Shown here piece by piece: positions 25,511 to 39,460 of a DNA stretch of 64,000 nt. Under the pieces are notes generated by a model. The model saw only the letters and a list, made by a program, of their open reading frames with translations. It had not been told where the DNA came from and did no database searches. The DNA lies in contig CM075992.1 of assembly GCA_038087875.1 (NCBI GenBank), positions 1,736,001 to 1,800,000 on the forward strand. The letters run 5' to 3'. Within the stretch, counting starts at the first letter, position 1. Each line of letters starts with the position of its first letter. The position numbers and the translations under genes were made by a program. The DNA is from Malacoraja senta. Taxonomy: Eukaryota.

Positions 25511-25710
25511 TGTGTTAAAGAAGGAACTGCAGATGCTGGAAAATCGAAGGTACACAAAAATGCTGGAGAAACTCAGCGGGTGCAGCAGCATCTATGGAGC
25601 GAAGGAAATAAGCAACGTTTCAGGCCGAAGAAGGGTTTCGGCCCGAAACGTTGCCTATTTCCTTCGCTCCATAGATGCTGCTGCACCCGCTGAGTTTCTC
25701 CAGCATTTTT
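25511..25710. repeat. Penelope-derived short repeat subfamily B, inverted pair
   Basis: Nearly perfect arms of about 70 nt (AAAAATGCTGGAGAAACTCAGCGGG... / ...CCCGCTGAGTTTCTCCAGCATTTTT). Confidence 0.88.
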
Positions 25711-27244
25711 GAAGCTTTGTAGTTTCAAGGATACCTCACTGCATATTGGACTATAATGTCCATTTTTCCCCATTTGGAAGTAAACCCACTGTACAACTAA
25801 ACGCAACATTGATGTTAAAAAGATCCGTCATGATTGAAGATGTGCTGATTCTCCACACTTTGCCATGTGCTTAGACGTAATGAGAATTATTAGCCAGAAA
25901 GACAGATGAGCAATTGCAAATTCAAGATCATTCACTGCTCAAGTCACCAGTAAGTTGTTTAATTTATTACTTCCTTTGTTTGTGTCACTTGCAAAAGTGT
26001 AGCGGAGCTACTTTACAGAGTAGCAATAAGTCAAAAAATTACCACCTTGGGTAGGACTCAATGGTTAAACAATGGCATATGCTGCGCAGTAAAAACAAAC
26101 GTAGAAGATAATGACTCTACATAGAGCCAGACATTATCCAAAACTCTCTGCCAGCCATGTCATCTTTTTCAGATGTTAAGCAAAACAGTGAAAATAAGGC
26201 CATCATTTGCCCAGTATTATACTACACAAGGCCCAAAAAATAGTCATTTTTGCTGCAATGCAAACTTACTTGGGTATAAACCAGTGGCTTTGAACAACTT
26301 GAACACATGCACAATCAAGAATAATTTTCATCATGAAGTTTCAAGCCTTCTGGACAATTTGTGCAGAAGCCTTAAATCACCTTATTAAAACTAGCTTTAG
26401 AGTATAACATTTGGTGTGTATTGGACCATCAAAAGGCTACAATTACAAAGATAACATGTCGAGCAGTTACAGGATGTAAAGCTGCAGTATACTACAGATC
26501 ATGACTGTTTTAATTGCCACATGAGTGTACTTCAAGTTATTCGGCATAGGTAGAAATGTTCATAATCAAGATATCTATGAGAAAATTGTGCAGATTAACA
26601 AACTCATTTCCTCAGCCCAAAATATAGGACATTTGGTACATATTCCAAAGTGATAATTTCAATTAGCCATACAAGTAAAATTGAATAGTGAAAATGAGGC
26701 CGTCAGTTGCCCAGTATTATACTACACAAGTGTTGTTACTGCACAATTTCAACAGATTAATTGATTCTTTCCCTCTTAAAAGTACCCCAGCTCTCTACTG
26801 TATTTGGGTGTACACATTGATGCAATCTCTTCCCATCTACAGACCACCCCGCCATTATGTCTGAAGGAACCAAAGCCCAACTACAACACAAATGTTAATG
26901 ATCAGCATGCGACTTTATACACTAACAAATGCCAATGACCAAAAGCTAACGGACAACTTCCTGCAAACCAAATGGGAATAGAGTCAAAGTGGATTTTCAA
27001 AGCTCTTGGTAAAATACATACCCACCAACTACCAACCAGGTGAACATCTTTTACAAAGTCTGTTTAATAAAAACAAATGCATCTGACCATTACACAATTC
27101 CACTGACCAATAACGGTGGAAGAGCAAGGAAAGTACACCTGACAGCATGGGGATCAAACTAGGAAAGGAGCTCCTATCCAACGCTAATTTTCATTTTATA
27201 AAATTGCTACTTATTAGTTTGCATTCATTAAAGAACGTTCAACA

Positions 27245-27810
27245 GGAATGTAATGCTGAGGCTCAATAATGCACAGGTCAGGCTGCATTTGGAGTATTGT
27301 GAGCAATTTTGGGCACCATGTCTGAGGAAGCTCTGGAGAGGGTCCAAAGGAGGTTTATAAGAATGTTCCCAGGAATGAGTGGGTTAACATATGATGAACG
27401 TTTGATGGCACTGGACCTGTACTCGCTGGAGTTTAAAAGGGAATCTCATTGAAACCTATCGAATTGTGAAAGGCTTGGATACAGTGGGTGTGGAGAAGAT
27501 GTTTCCACTAGTGGGAGAGTCTAGGAGTAGAGGCCATAGCCTCAGAATTAAGGGACGTTCCTTTAAGAAGGAGATGAGGAGGAATTTCTTTAGCCAGAGA
27601 GTGGTGAATCCGTGAAATTCTTTGCCACATAAGGCTGTGGGGGCTAATTAAATGGATATAGATAGATTCTTGATTAGTACAGGTGTCAGCAGTTATGGGG
27701 AGATGGCAGGAGAATGGGGTTAGAAGAGATAGATCAGCCATGATTGAATGGCGGAGTAGACTTGATGGGGCGAATGGCCTAATTCTGCTCCTATCATTTA
27801 TGACCTTATA
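27245..27810 (+). mobile_element. CR1 LINE 3' end
   Basis: Similar to 21336-22157, including the LVRPHLEYC-like region and 3' tail. Confidence 0.85.
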
Positions 27811-28215
27811 ATACATTCAGCAATGACAACAGTAGATCCAACCTACACATCCAGTCTCAATCTTTACCAGACCCTTTTCCTCCCCACAGAAAAACTCATG
27901 TTTCTTCGACATTACTGCAAATTCATTCTTAGACAGACAGTTCTGCATTAGTAAATCTGCACTATGAACTGCAGAGATTCAACAAGTACATCAAGCGTTC
28001 ATCTTCACAAATTTTCAAAACTGACATTTAAAACAAATTCTCTAGTAGGTGTCTTGCTGTCAGGGAGACACTAGGCTTAAGAGGAGCATTAATTACTCAA
28101 CACATAATATATTGCAGTTTTTACCTCAAGACATGACCTAAGAACAAGCTATATTGAAGGCCCAATAAACATTTTATAATGCGGGTTGAAGTTTGCCACC
28201 TACAACCCATCCTAC

Positions 28216-28363
28216 CTCCAGCAGCCTCCTTCTCGAGTTCTTCCCGGACCAGAGGAGAGGTCAGTTTAATCTTCAGGGTTAGTGGTTCCTCTTTGTCATT
28301 CTTTATAATAATCGCTGCATCTTGTTCTGAAGGATCTATTTCATACTTTTCCTTAGTGATGGT
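28216..28363 (-). CDS. ILF3: ILF3 coding exon, DZF domain
   Basis: TITKEKYEIDPSEQDAAIIIKNDKEEPLTLKIKLTSPLVREELEKEAAG; 148 nt, AG/GT. Confidence 0.95.
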
Positions 28364-28555
28364 CTACATAAAATGAAACAAACAACTCCATAACTCCTTC
28401 TAGGACTTCAATTATCAAAGTGGAAATTCAGATTAATGTAACGTTATTAAGATGTAGAAATCATCTTAGGACACACTTGTTAGCTACCAAATATCTTTTA
28501 TCAATGTAGTGCCCAACAGTTCGCAGTTTACTTTGTTCAAGGAAAATGTTCTTAC

Positions 28556-28739
28556 CGCTAATTGTACAGCCAGATTATCTTTGACCTTGGTCAGCAGCAA
28601 TTTAGTCGGCTTATCCCTGCACAACAGTACAAGTTCCAGGTCAAGATCTCCTTTCAGAAGAAGTCCTTTGGCAACCAGCCCAACTCGCATCACACCTCGT
28701 AGGGTCCGGCTGGCATTTAGTTCTGTAGACTTCTGTTCC
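28556..28739 (-). CDS. ILF3: ILF3 coding exon, DZF domain
   Basis: [45 protein letters not shown]...VQLA; AG/GT boundaries, phases consistent. Confidence 0.97.
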
Positions 28740-29499
28740 CTGTCAAGAGAAGCAAAACACTTCAAGTCTATACTACTACATTAAGATACTTTTGACACTC
28801 CCACCCAGAAGATTTTCTGGCTTCCAAAATAAGCAGGAGCCAACAAAAGAAAACCAAGGCAGTGCAGTATCCAAATTGGCAGTGGAGTCTCCTTCTAAGG
28901 GAATGCAATTTAGCCCAGATACACATTTAGCTGTCCTTTGGTACCAGCAGGTTCAGTGTCAGAATCAACATTTTAGATGTTCAATGGCTGGACCTTCTCA
29001 CTAAAATTCCTGATGAGACCACAAAAAAACTTTCTAGAACATCAAAATATAACAAAAAGACTGCAATATTTCATTGAAGAAATTAGAAGCCTGAATGTCA
29101 TTTCAGAAAATCATGCTGACGATGGTATATTTGTGAACAGAGTGCATGGAGCAATGGAGAGATGGTCAGTGTTATGAACATGTTTACTATGTAGGAAGTA
29201 AATGGAAACATATCCATTATCTGTTCTTAATGAGCAAACTGGACAGAAGCTTCATCTAGAAAAATTCTGCATATATTTAAAACCTAAAAACACATTAAGA
29301 CACTTAAAAACTGGGACTTTTTGAATTTGGACATTAATCAGAAGAGAAACTTCAGAATTCTTGTCAGCATATGAAGTTCTAATTAAACCTTCAATTTCCA
29401 AGTCATCAATTTCCACAAGATGAAATTCTATCCAAATAACTGCCCAGACATCTGAACTGCTGTCTGAGCCATAAATGCTGCTAACAGGTACTACAAAGG

Positions 29500-30130
29500 C
29501 ATCTTGTATAGCTGCAACACGATGACCCAACTCGTGTACTCTAGAGCATCGACCTATGAAGGCAAATATATCAAATGCCTTCTTCACTACTCTATCCATC
29601 CATGTTACCACTTTCAGGGAGCTATGGACTTGAACACAAAGTTCCCCTGTGCACTCACGTCTCTAAACCTCTCGCCATTTACTCACAAACTTTGACTTCC
29701 CAAAGATAAGATCAGTTTAACTTGTCATCATGTTCTGTACTGATATTGTGGGCCAAGGGCCCATTCCTATGCTGTACTGTTCCACGTACATTCTCATCAA
29801 TATTATAAACAAACGTCCCTGCCATAGCCCCCAAGGAACACTTGTCCACGCTACCCTGTGCTTTCAATCACCTAGCTAATTTTGGAACCAGTTTGCCAAC
29901 ATTCCAGAACCTTCTGAATTACTTTACAGGTCAAAGTACATGCAAACCACATCTATTATGTTGCCTTCCTCAATTACTAAGCTACATCCTCTCAAAAACT
30001 CAGATTTGAGACTTTCTCTGCATAAACCACGCCGTTCTTCTTGGTATCTGCTTTTCAAAAGTGAACATAAATCATATCCTTCAGAATTATTAACAACTTG
30101 GGCACCATTCATCTAAGGCTCACCGATCAG
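29500..30130 (-). mobile_element. CR1 LINE fragments
   Basis: Minus-strand remnants MDRVVKKAF..FAFIGR and EGNIIDVVCMYF; boundaries approximate. Confidence 0.6.
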
Positions 30131-30770
30131 GCTTGTCACCTCCCTTTTGAGCATACCTCCTGCCCCCCCCCCCCCCCCCCAATATAAACTCAGTGCTTGT
30201 TTTAATATTTCATGCAAGATTTGTCTCAAATCAATTTTTGAGATATTGCTTCTGGTATTTGCTTCTTATGTGTTATTCTTCTGGCATTTGCTTCTTATGA
30301 GTTATTGCTGCTGGTTATGAATAAATTCAAAGCCCTCTGGTCTACTAGATCATGCTTCTTTGCATGCCCTAATTTGATTTATTATTCTTGACTTTTAGTT
30401 AACAATGGACAGTTCTCTTTTCTCATGGATTCCTCTTTCTAAATGGGATAAACTGTTGAACGCCATGAACCAGTTGTATGAATATCTGCCAATGCGCACT
30501 CAATAAGCTCTCAGCTTATTTACCTAGCAGACAATTCTATCTTCAAACCATAATAAATGTCCTTATCATTGAAGACACTGGTCTTGGACCTGGAGTTCGC
30601 CCCCCTCCCCACTCTCAAACTGTATCTGGAATTCTGCCATGTTCTGGTCAGTCTTCCAAAACATTCTTAACTATAAGATCTCTTGTTAATCCTTAAGATT
30701 CAGTTTCTTTCTTGAAAGAGACAAATGAAAAGTGGGGAAAAAAAAGCAAAAGCATCCATTGCTCTCCTCA

Positions 30771-31769
30771 TCTATATATTATACTAAAAGTCTCGTCTTG
30801 TTTGTATGTGTCTGTGAGATCAAGGAACTGCGCCAAAACGGTACACAATAGCGCAATAATTCTGGCAGAATCTTACTCGACTTTTTGCCGTGGTCGTCAG
30901 TATCAAGTTTCTTCACATTTGATGTTATATTTCACAAGTTAATGATATTTAAAGTTTAAAAAAAGCCAACTTTGAAAATAATAACTGCCTGTGAGTGACT
31001 TTTCTAGCAGCTTGATGATGTCACGATGGCATCTCACAGCCGTCCAATCACAACGGGATTTAATTTACACAAGCTGCCATGAAGATTACGAAAACGACAT
31101 CACAATGTGATCTCTGCTGCCAATTCTATGAGAGCTGTCGGAGTGGGGGATGGGAGAAGAAATGTTATTTAAACATTGTCTTCAATGGGGAGAGGTGAGG
31201 GAGGGTGTGACTGAGGGTAGGGAAAAGGAGAGGGAGAGGTGACAGAGAGACAATGGGATCAGCAGCTTCAAGGGGAGTAAGGAGAGTGAGATTTTTGCCC
31301 TACCCCACACGGGAAGGATTGATTGGCTCAAGGGAGCGCTGACGCAGACCCAAAGTCAAGTACATTCATTGGCTCCGGGAAGTGGGAAGTGCCTACTGCC
31401 CCCCCCCCCCCCCCGTGGGAAGGATTGATTGCATTGGGGGAACGGGTGAGTGGTGGAAACGGGTTGCGTTGGGGAAAGGGGGTAGGGAGGGACTGACTGA
31501 GGGTTGGGGAAAGGAGAGGGAGGGAGAGAGTGGAGGAGGAGAGAGAAGAGGGAGGGTGAAGAGGAGGGGGAGGGAGTGTTGGAGGATGAGGGGAAATGAG
31601 CCATGCCTGCGCAGTTGGGGCGTGGGTGAGTGGTGGAATATTACGTTGGGCGAACAGGTCACGTTGGGGGAATGGGTGATTCGCTCCGGGGGGGGGGGGG
31701 GGGCATGTCAGATTTGTGCTAATTATGCAGTGTCCTGCAATAGCTGCACTGGTTACACAAATTGGCGAG
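30771..31769 (+). mobile_element. Probable non-autonomous Helitron-like element with G-rich interior
   Basis: Starts A|TCTATATATTATACTAAAAG; ends with a CAGTG...CACTG hairpin and CGAG|T (degenerate CTAG); no TSD. Confidence 0.4.
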
Positions 31770-33460
31770 TCAAGTATGTTCAAGCGAGTATACTCTGTTC
31801 CAGGTTAAAAAAGAACATTGAAATTTATATGGTACTTTTCACAACTCCACAGCCAATACTTCAGGAAAAAAGTGATAAGAAACATAGAAGCCAATTTGCA
31901 CACAGCAGAATCCCCAAACAGTACTGAGACAGCAGTCGGATAAACTGTGGCATCGGGTTGGTTAAATATAAGTACAGAGCATCTTATGCTCAGAGGGCAG
32001 AGAGAATCAGTTTGAATGACAAAATGAGAGAGGCCACCACTATTAATTTATGTTTGAAGGAAATGAAATAAGATTTCCTAGAATCTTTCCACATGCACAT
32101 TGCTACTTTGATAAACAACAGTAAAATGGAGTTCTAATTAAGGTCACAAATTTTCTAGAATTTATTTTAGTCACCAAGCCTCTCCTCCTTTAAAAAAAAT
32201 TAAACATGCAAGCACTATGGAGTCAGCTTGGTTAGAAAATAGTGGTTCAAATTGGAGTGTATGTAATTTTTTTTAATCCACTTTTGTTATAGTAGCAGCA
32301 AAATTACAGAAATGATCACAGATCTAGCGTTTGTCAATAATTGCTTCTGCAATAATCTAGTTTAATGATAATAAAATTTGGCATACATGGTAAAGTTGTC
32401 ATGGTCTTCCATTCTGTGAAAGAAAAAGAAAAATAATTGGTTACGATAGAAATGCATACACCAGTTTGGTGCCAGTCATGCCTTAGTTAACAGCCATTTC
32501 ATCAACTTGGGAAAAGGAGGCCAATCTGCCCCTCAGGCTAGTTGCTGATCTGACCCAATCACATGCCACCATCCTCTGCCCCATATCCACACTCCCGCAT
32601 ACCCTTGATAACAAAGCTATTAATATCAAAAAGCCAAGAGATCCTCCACTTTAGAAAACATTACCTAATTCAAATAAGAAAAAGAACTAGTTCTAACTTT
32701 GTAAAAATATGCCAAATGTTCACCCAATACTCCGAAAACATCTCAAATTACTTTAACAAGCAAAGGTCCAGGAACACAACCAATGCCAACAAAACTTTCC
32801 AAAGTTCCAAAAGGGTGGTGTGTAAGGGTGATTTAATGAGGCTTCTGTATAACTGCTGAAAAACCTCTACTTGAATCTTAATTCAAAGTAAAACACAAAA
32901 ATCATCTGGAATGTTAAGCAAATACCACCACGTGTTAATATTAAATTCATTAATGGCTGTGGATAAGGATAATTAGTAGTTTCAGTCATGGAGCTTACTA
33001 GTCTATGGATACATGATTTCACTTAATCAAAACTAAAGTATTGCCTCATTTACCCAAGACCTTTAATTTCCCATCTTAGAGCATAGCAAATGACTTGGAA
33101 AATCAAATTCCTCGTATGTTGCAAAACATACTTGGCTAATAAAGTATTATTGTATTGTATTGCAAAAACATCACAAGTATTTCAAATTACATTGTAATAC
33201 TTGTCAAGAATAAAATGTATTTCTGAAACAACAGTTGTTCCATTGGGAAGTAATAAATAACATTTGCATTAGAAGTCCAAGGGGAAAAGAGGAGCCTAGG
33301 ATATTACATTTAAATCAGTAAATATCCCGACGTCTGTCTAAAAGGAGCACGTTTACCACATTTTGACTAGAATTACAGCTGTACAGTTGTCAATTACCTT
33401 CCCATGGTCTGGGGGTTAGTGGTTGCACTACAGGGATAGGCAGAAACAGCAGAATGGAAT

Positions 33461-33512
33461 CATACATACCAGGAGCAATGGGGCTGCATACATACCAGGA
33501 GCAATGGGGCTG
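33461..33512. repeat. Perfect 26-nt tandem duplication
   Basis: CATACATACCAGGAGCAATGGGGCTG x2. Confidence 0.9.
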
Positions 33513-34206
33513 TCACAATTAAAGGGCGATTAGAGTACAAAACAAAAATTTGCAGAGGCATGAAATGATTAGATGAATAGGAAAATTGTATTTTTTTTTT
33601 TTACTTAAGGTAAAGATGGAAAAGCTTTTATGTTGCAAGGGAAGTATGAATGGCAATTGCAAAATGGTCCCGCAATGCTCCAATTCTACTTGGATTCAAA
33701 AGAGTTACAAAGGACGGAGGTGTTAAAAAAGGTTATCCCGTTCAAAAAAGGGTTCATAATCCAGCCAGCCCTATGTCACTAGTAGAGAATCTTATGGCCA
33801 TTTGGTACTGGGTCTGGGCTGAAGACCTGAACAAATTGAGTACACATCAAAACGAGACTCAGCGTGGCATTGTCTATAGGACGCAAAGTTAAAATGGATT
33901 CACTTGCATGAATTTATACGATCCCATAATTTCATATGCATTTTCTCCACAGATAAAGCGCCAAACACATTGAACACCTCCCCCCAAAGCATAGCAATGC
34001 AATTTTGAAAAGATAAGTTAAGGCAAAATTAATTGGCTCTGGGGAAGAAAAAAAAAAACTGATTGAGGGTCAGCACAGATTTAAAGGCAAATCCTTTTTC
34101 ATCAACCTTAGGAGTCTTCATCCTAAGGCAATGTAATTGGTATATTTAAAACTTCAACCAACACCACACAAAAATAAAGCCCAGTGGGTCAAAAGGGACA
34201 GCACAA

Positions 34207-34397
34207 ATTAGACACAAAATACTATGAAACTTCACAGGTCAGGCAACATCTCTGATAGGTGATGTTTTGTGTCTTGACCCTTCAGTACTGAAAGGGTCTC
34301 ATCCAGAAATGTCACCTGTGCATTTCCCCCAGAGATGCTGCCTGACCCACTTTGTTACTCCAGCATGTTGTGTCTATTTTTTGGTATAAACCAGCAT
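34207..34397. repeat. Penelope-derived short repeat, inverted pair (diverged)
   Basis: Centre CCCTTCAGTACTGAAAGGG. Confidence 0.7.
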
Positions 34398-35229
34398 ATT
34401 ACATTAGAACTAAGAAGATGTTAATTTGTCTTCAAAATAATTACTTATTTTGTCTATTAGATAGAGGAAAAGCTAGCCTTGATTAAATCTGCTGTTCCTT
34501 TTCATACTTTACTCCCTCAGCAGGTCAGACAACATCTCTGGAGAAAAGAAATAAGTGATTTTTTTGGTCGAAACCCTTCACACTTCAAAATTCTGAAGTG
34601 AGATCAATGTATGTAACAATCTATGTCTGAAAAAAATGCAGAAATGGACATTCACATGACAGATGAAATTGAATGCAGAGCAGTGTAGGAATGACTGAAT
34701 AAAATAAACAATGTTTTCAAAAGTGGTACAGGTATAAAACAATTGCAGGAGAAGTAGAGACATTTAACAGAATAGTTACACTACAATGATCAGGTTTGGC
34801 CTGAGCTATAAAGTACTGTATTTGTTTCTGGGATTTCAAAGCCTTAAGACACGTCAGAGGTTTAGCAGAATGGTACGGAGGATCAGGTACTTCCATTAAA
34901 TAAAGGTCAAAAAAGTAGTTGGATTTGTTCTCCTACACATTAACACTGGGAATGCAATGTCATCTGTGGCTCAGGGTAAGTAATTAATAACTTTTGAGTC
35001 ATAGTTTTTTAAGTTGTAACTGGACAAGCACAATATCCAGTGAAGTACCAATGGAACGCAGTACCTCCATCTTCTGGGTGAAACATTAAACCAAGGAGAT
35101 GTAATTTGTCTAAAAATGGAAAGCTCTTCCTCATATGCCAATCAATGTTCACCCATCACTCAACATCAATTTTGTGGTCATCAAATTACTGCAGTGGGAA
35201 CTTGCTCCACTAAACTGGCTAATCGGAGT

Positions 35230-36120
35230 AGTAGAGCTGTGCAACGGGCCCATCAGCCCAACGGTTTATGCTGACCAAGGTGCCTACCTGAGCTAATTCT
35301 ATATCCCCCAAACTTTTCCTATCCACAAACTTGTACCTACCTCTACTACCTCATTCCACATACCTGCCACTGTTTGAAAAACATATCCCTCACACTCTTC
35401 AAAATCTTTCTTCTCTTAGCTTAAACCCATGCACATTAATTTTAATTCATCCTACCTGGAAAAATAGTAGAACATCCACTTATGTATGCTCTTCATGATT
35501 TTATAAACTCTACAATGTCACTCTCACCTACCCCCAACACACATTCCTTCCCAATGCCCAACCTCATTCACTCCAGGAAAAACAGTCCAGCCTATCTACT
35601 CCTTTTAACTCAAGCCTTCCTGTTGCAGCAACACCCTCATGAATCTTTTCTGCACCCTCGCAACCTCAATCCTTTCATTTCTATAGTGCAGCAACCAGAA
35701 CTGCAGATATCCCAGATGCAGATTCACTATCATCATATACGGCTGAACATGACGTCTTAACCCTTGTATTTGATCCCATCTGGTGAATGCATGCATGCCA
35801 TATATCTTATTAACCACCTTGTCTACAAATGTCAACACTTGTACTTGTACTCCTGAATCTCCCTTTTGAACAACATCCCCAAAGGGCCCTGCTATTTACT
35901 GTGCAAATCCTGCTTTCAAAATGCATCACTGCATTAGAAGCTAAATTCTATCTGCTGTTCCCTTTCCCGCTTGATCTAGATCCTGTTGTAAACTTAGACA
36001 GCCTTCCTCAAGTGTCCACAACACCACCAATTTCCGTGTCATCCACAAAACGTATTAATCATAATGTATGACAAACAGGGTTCTAGCATTGCTTGCTAAA
36101 GCATTCCACTGGTCACAGGA
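35230..36120 (-). mobile_element. CR1 LINE 3' fragment
   Basis: Minus-strand remnant VDKVVNKIYGMHAF...YLQFWLLHYR...RVQKRFMR. Confidence 0.7.
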
Positions 36121-36151
36121 GCCCAAACCTGTAAAATAACAGTGCTGCCAC

Positions 36152-36285
36152 AGATAGACACAAATTGCTGGAGTAACTCAGCGGGTCTGGAAGCATCTCT
36201 GGAGAAAATGGATAAGGGATGTTTTGGGTCAGGACCCTTCAGTCTGAAGAAGGGTCTCGATCCAAAACATCACCTATCAATTTAC
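36152..36285. repeat. Penelope-derived short repeat, inverted pair
   Basis: Centre CCCTTCAGTCTGAAGAAGGG. Confidence 0.75.
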
Positions 36286-36681
36286 TCAGAAGATAGAGTA
36301 GTAGAGATAGATTTAAATTGACTGTCAAAAGAATTACAAGACATAAGGAAACATTTTAAGTGAAAATAGGATGCTCTTGCATTCACCCCCTGGGGCAATA
36401 GTGAAAGCCAATTCAATAATTTGTGAATTTGATATGGTCAAAAGGGGGGGGGGGGGGGAAATTGCAGGAATATGGGAAAACGAGAAAAGGGAATATTGTC
36501 TAGGTTTACCAGAGTTGGCAGATACACTGATTTGAACAGCTTCCTTCTCTGTTGCACCATCCAAAAATTTGACTTCTAGTACTCATGCAGCATTTCACCT
36601 ACAGTTGAGTGGGACTGCAAGCAAGCACTAATTACCCTCTAAACAGTTTCCCATACTTTTTCTCCCTCCACCAGATACCTA

Positions 36682-36996
<315 letters not shown>

Positions 36997-38348
36997 TCAA
37001 ATCTCTCTCTCTCTCTCTCTCTCGAGTTAGATTGTACCAACAGAAAAATGATCAATTATCTTAATTATAGTGACAAACTCAAAGGGGATGGGACTTTTGC
37101 GGGCACATTCCAGATGATGCACCATTTGCTAAATCTTTATCAGCTCTGAGAAATCACAGCCGCCTCAGATCAAATATTCAAATAAACACAATTTGGTATT
37201 TTAATCCCTTCTAATCAAGGAGCATTTGAACTGCCTTCTCTTTTCCTTGCTCTAGTGCCACATCTACAATGCGCTCAGCAGTGAGAATCACTAAGTACTA
37301 GAACGAAAAATAAATACTGAACTGCTAAAATAAACTTTCGAATTTAAGTCCAACATATTTCTGTCGATTTAGGAAGTTCTCTTCCATAAACAGGTTCTCT
37401 AATAATCAATTAATCAGATTAAAACTAAAAAAGGTTACAGCACAGAAGATAATTTGGACTGTCTAATCTACTAGATCTGCAAGCACAATCAAACTCCACT
37501 TTGCTGCTGCCATTCTACTTGGCCCCACCTGCCACCAGGACGGCACAGTGGTAGAGTGGTTGCAATAGTTTAATCCTGACCACAGGTGCTGTCTGTACAG
37601 AGTTTGCTCGTACTTCCAGTGACCACATGGGGTTTCTCCAGATACATTTGGACCATGGGATGTTATTCAAATTAATACTTTAACACATAATTGGCCCAGA
37701 AAATTAAGGCACACGGGATCCAGGCCAAGTTGGCTAAATGGATCGGTTAGAAAATTAAGCAAAGCACAAGCATTTTGGGAAGTCAAATAGAGATAGGACA
37801 TGTACAGTAAATGGCAGAGCGCTAAGGAATGTTGATGAACAGAGGGGCTTTGGGGTCCGAGTCCATAGTTCCTTGAAAGTGGCAACACAGATGGATAGGA
37901 CAAAAGCATCATATGACATGTTTGCCTTCAGAGCTCAAGGAAATAGAAGTGTGGTACGATTCCCATCTATATACCAGAAGAGGTTATGTAGTGAAACTAG
38001 ATAAGTAATCTTTAAAAAAAAGTAAATGCCATGGAAACAATAAATCTAAGCTACATTAAATTATGAGGGTCTAGTACACAAGGCTCTGTTCAAATTAGTG
38101 TAGGATAAAATTAATGGAGTAACAAGTCCTGGAGCGAAAGGAACCGCAACCTCAACAGGGTTGTAGTGTGGTAAATAACAGATCAATAAATATCTTTGGC
38201 GTGAATAAGCATAACTGCAGCTGGGCACAACAGCACTAGTCAATGACATTTTTTCAAAAATGCTAATTAACCTGTTTTTCCTGACTAAAATAAACCAATT
38301 TTTCAAATCATCAAAGGAAACAAAAAAGCTAAATTATGGTATACTTAC

Positions 38349-38514
38349 CATTTTGGCTTTAGTCTTCACCTGATCTTTCTTCTCAGGTTGTTGTAGCTTA
38401 GTGTGTTTATGACGTTTTTCTAGGGTTTTATAAATCTTTTCCAAGACCCTCAGCTGGTAAGATTTCAATTCCTCTTCACAGAGACAATTTTACCACAGAT
38501 GCAACTCCTCGTAT
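38349..38514 (-). CDS. ILF3: ILF3 exon 2: 5'UTR plus initiator ATG (38351-38349)
   Basis: Acceptor catag|, ends GCCAAAATG|GTAAGT. ATG joins phase 0 to [10 protein letters not shown], giving the ILF3 N-terminus MRPMRIF. Confidence 0.85.
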
Positions 38515-39149
38515 CTATGATTAAACAGAATGAATAAGAACTTGTAGCTTCCATTATTAGGTAAAATTAATTCTGTGTGCATATTCAAAATGCAGCACAA
38601 ATAACAAATTAGTTTGGATGAAATAAACCATCAGTATTTTAATTGCTCATACTAGAGAAGCTAGATCAGCTTTGAAGCTCCTAAATACCATTTATACAAC
38701 TGCTTTAATAGCACAGGTTATTTTCAGTACTTCCCAAATGTAGTTCTGATGACAAGTGTTACATGTTGTAGTTCAGCAGATCTACTCATGTTTTTCTAAC
38801 ATTCAGTTGCAATTTTCTCCTCGTCAACAATGTTTTAGAGACACAATCTATTCACATAAAATAAATTATTACAAACCACAGGTCAAGGGATTTTGCCACT
38901 GGGAAATAAAGCACAAGAGCAAAGTTGGACCACAGGATCACATTCTGTAGGCAAGTATTAAAATGGCCCAAACAATAGCACTCATTTGCCCCAAAGCACT
39001 TAAATTACAAAAGCTTGGACTACAGGCCAGCCAAGATTACAATAACTGGTGTTTAGGTATTAACATTTTAATTATTTCCTCAACAATATATTCGTTACAG
39101 AGGAGACAATTTTTTCACATCTCAAAATTTAACTGATGTAATTTGCATC

Positions 39150-39460
39150 TCAAATTTGAACTCCTGATGCAACTTGTACCCTATCTCCAGGCTACTGTTT
39201 GGGGGCCTGTAGATCACTCCCATTAGGGTATTTTTACCCTTACAATTTCTCAGTTCTATCCACAATGACTCTACATCTTCTGATTCTATGTCACCCCTCG
39301 CAAGGGACTGAATTGCATTCCTTACCAACAGAGCCACCCCACTCCCTCTGCCCACCTGTCTGTCTTTTCGATAGGATGTATACCCCTGAATATTCAGTTC
39401 CCAGCTCTGATCCTCTTGCAGCCATGTCTCTGTAATCCCCACATCATACTTACAAATTCT
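39150..39460 (-). mobile_element. CR1 LINE AP-endonuclease fragment
   Basis: GITETWLQEDQSWELNIQGYTSYRKDRQ...ESLWIELRNCKG...GVIYRPPNS, an APE-domain motif set. Confidence 0.9.

Noticed and set aside
26160-26340. C-box ATGATGA as a possible intronic C/D snoRNA (also near 15385 and 40475)
   Set aside because: No suitably spaced CTGA D-box with a terminal stem.
31328-31927. 151-181 aa ORFs
   Set aside because: They lie in the G-rich low-complexity interior of a probable transposon.
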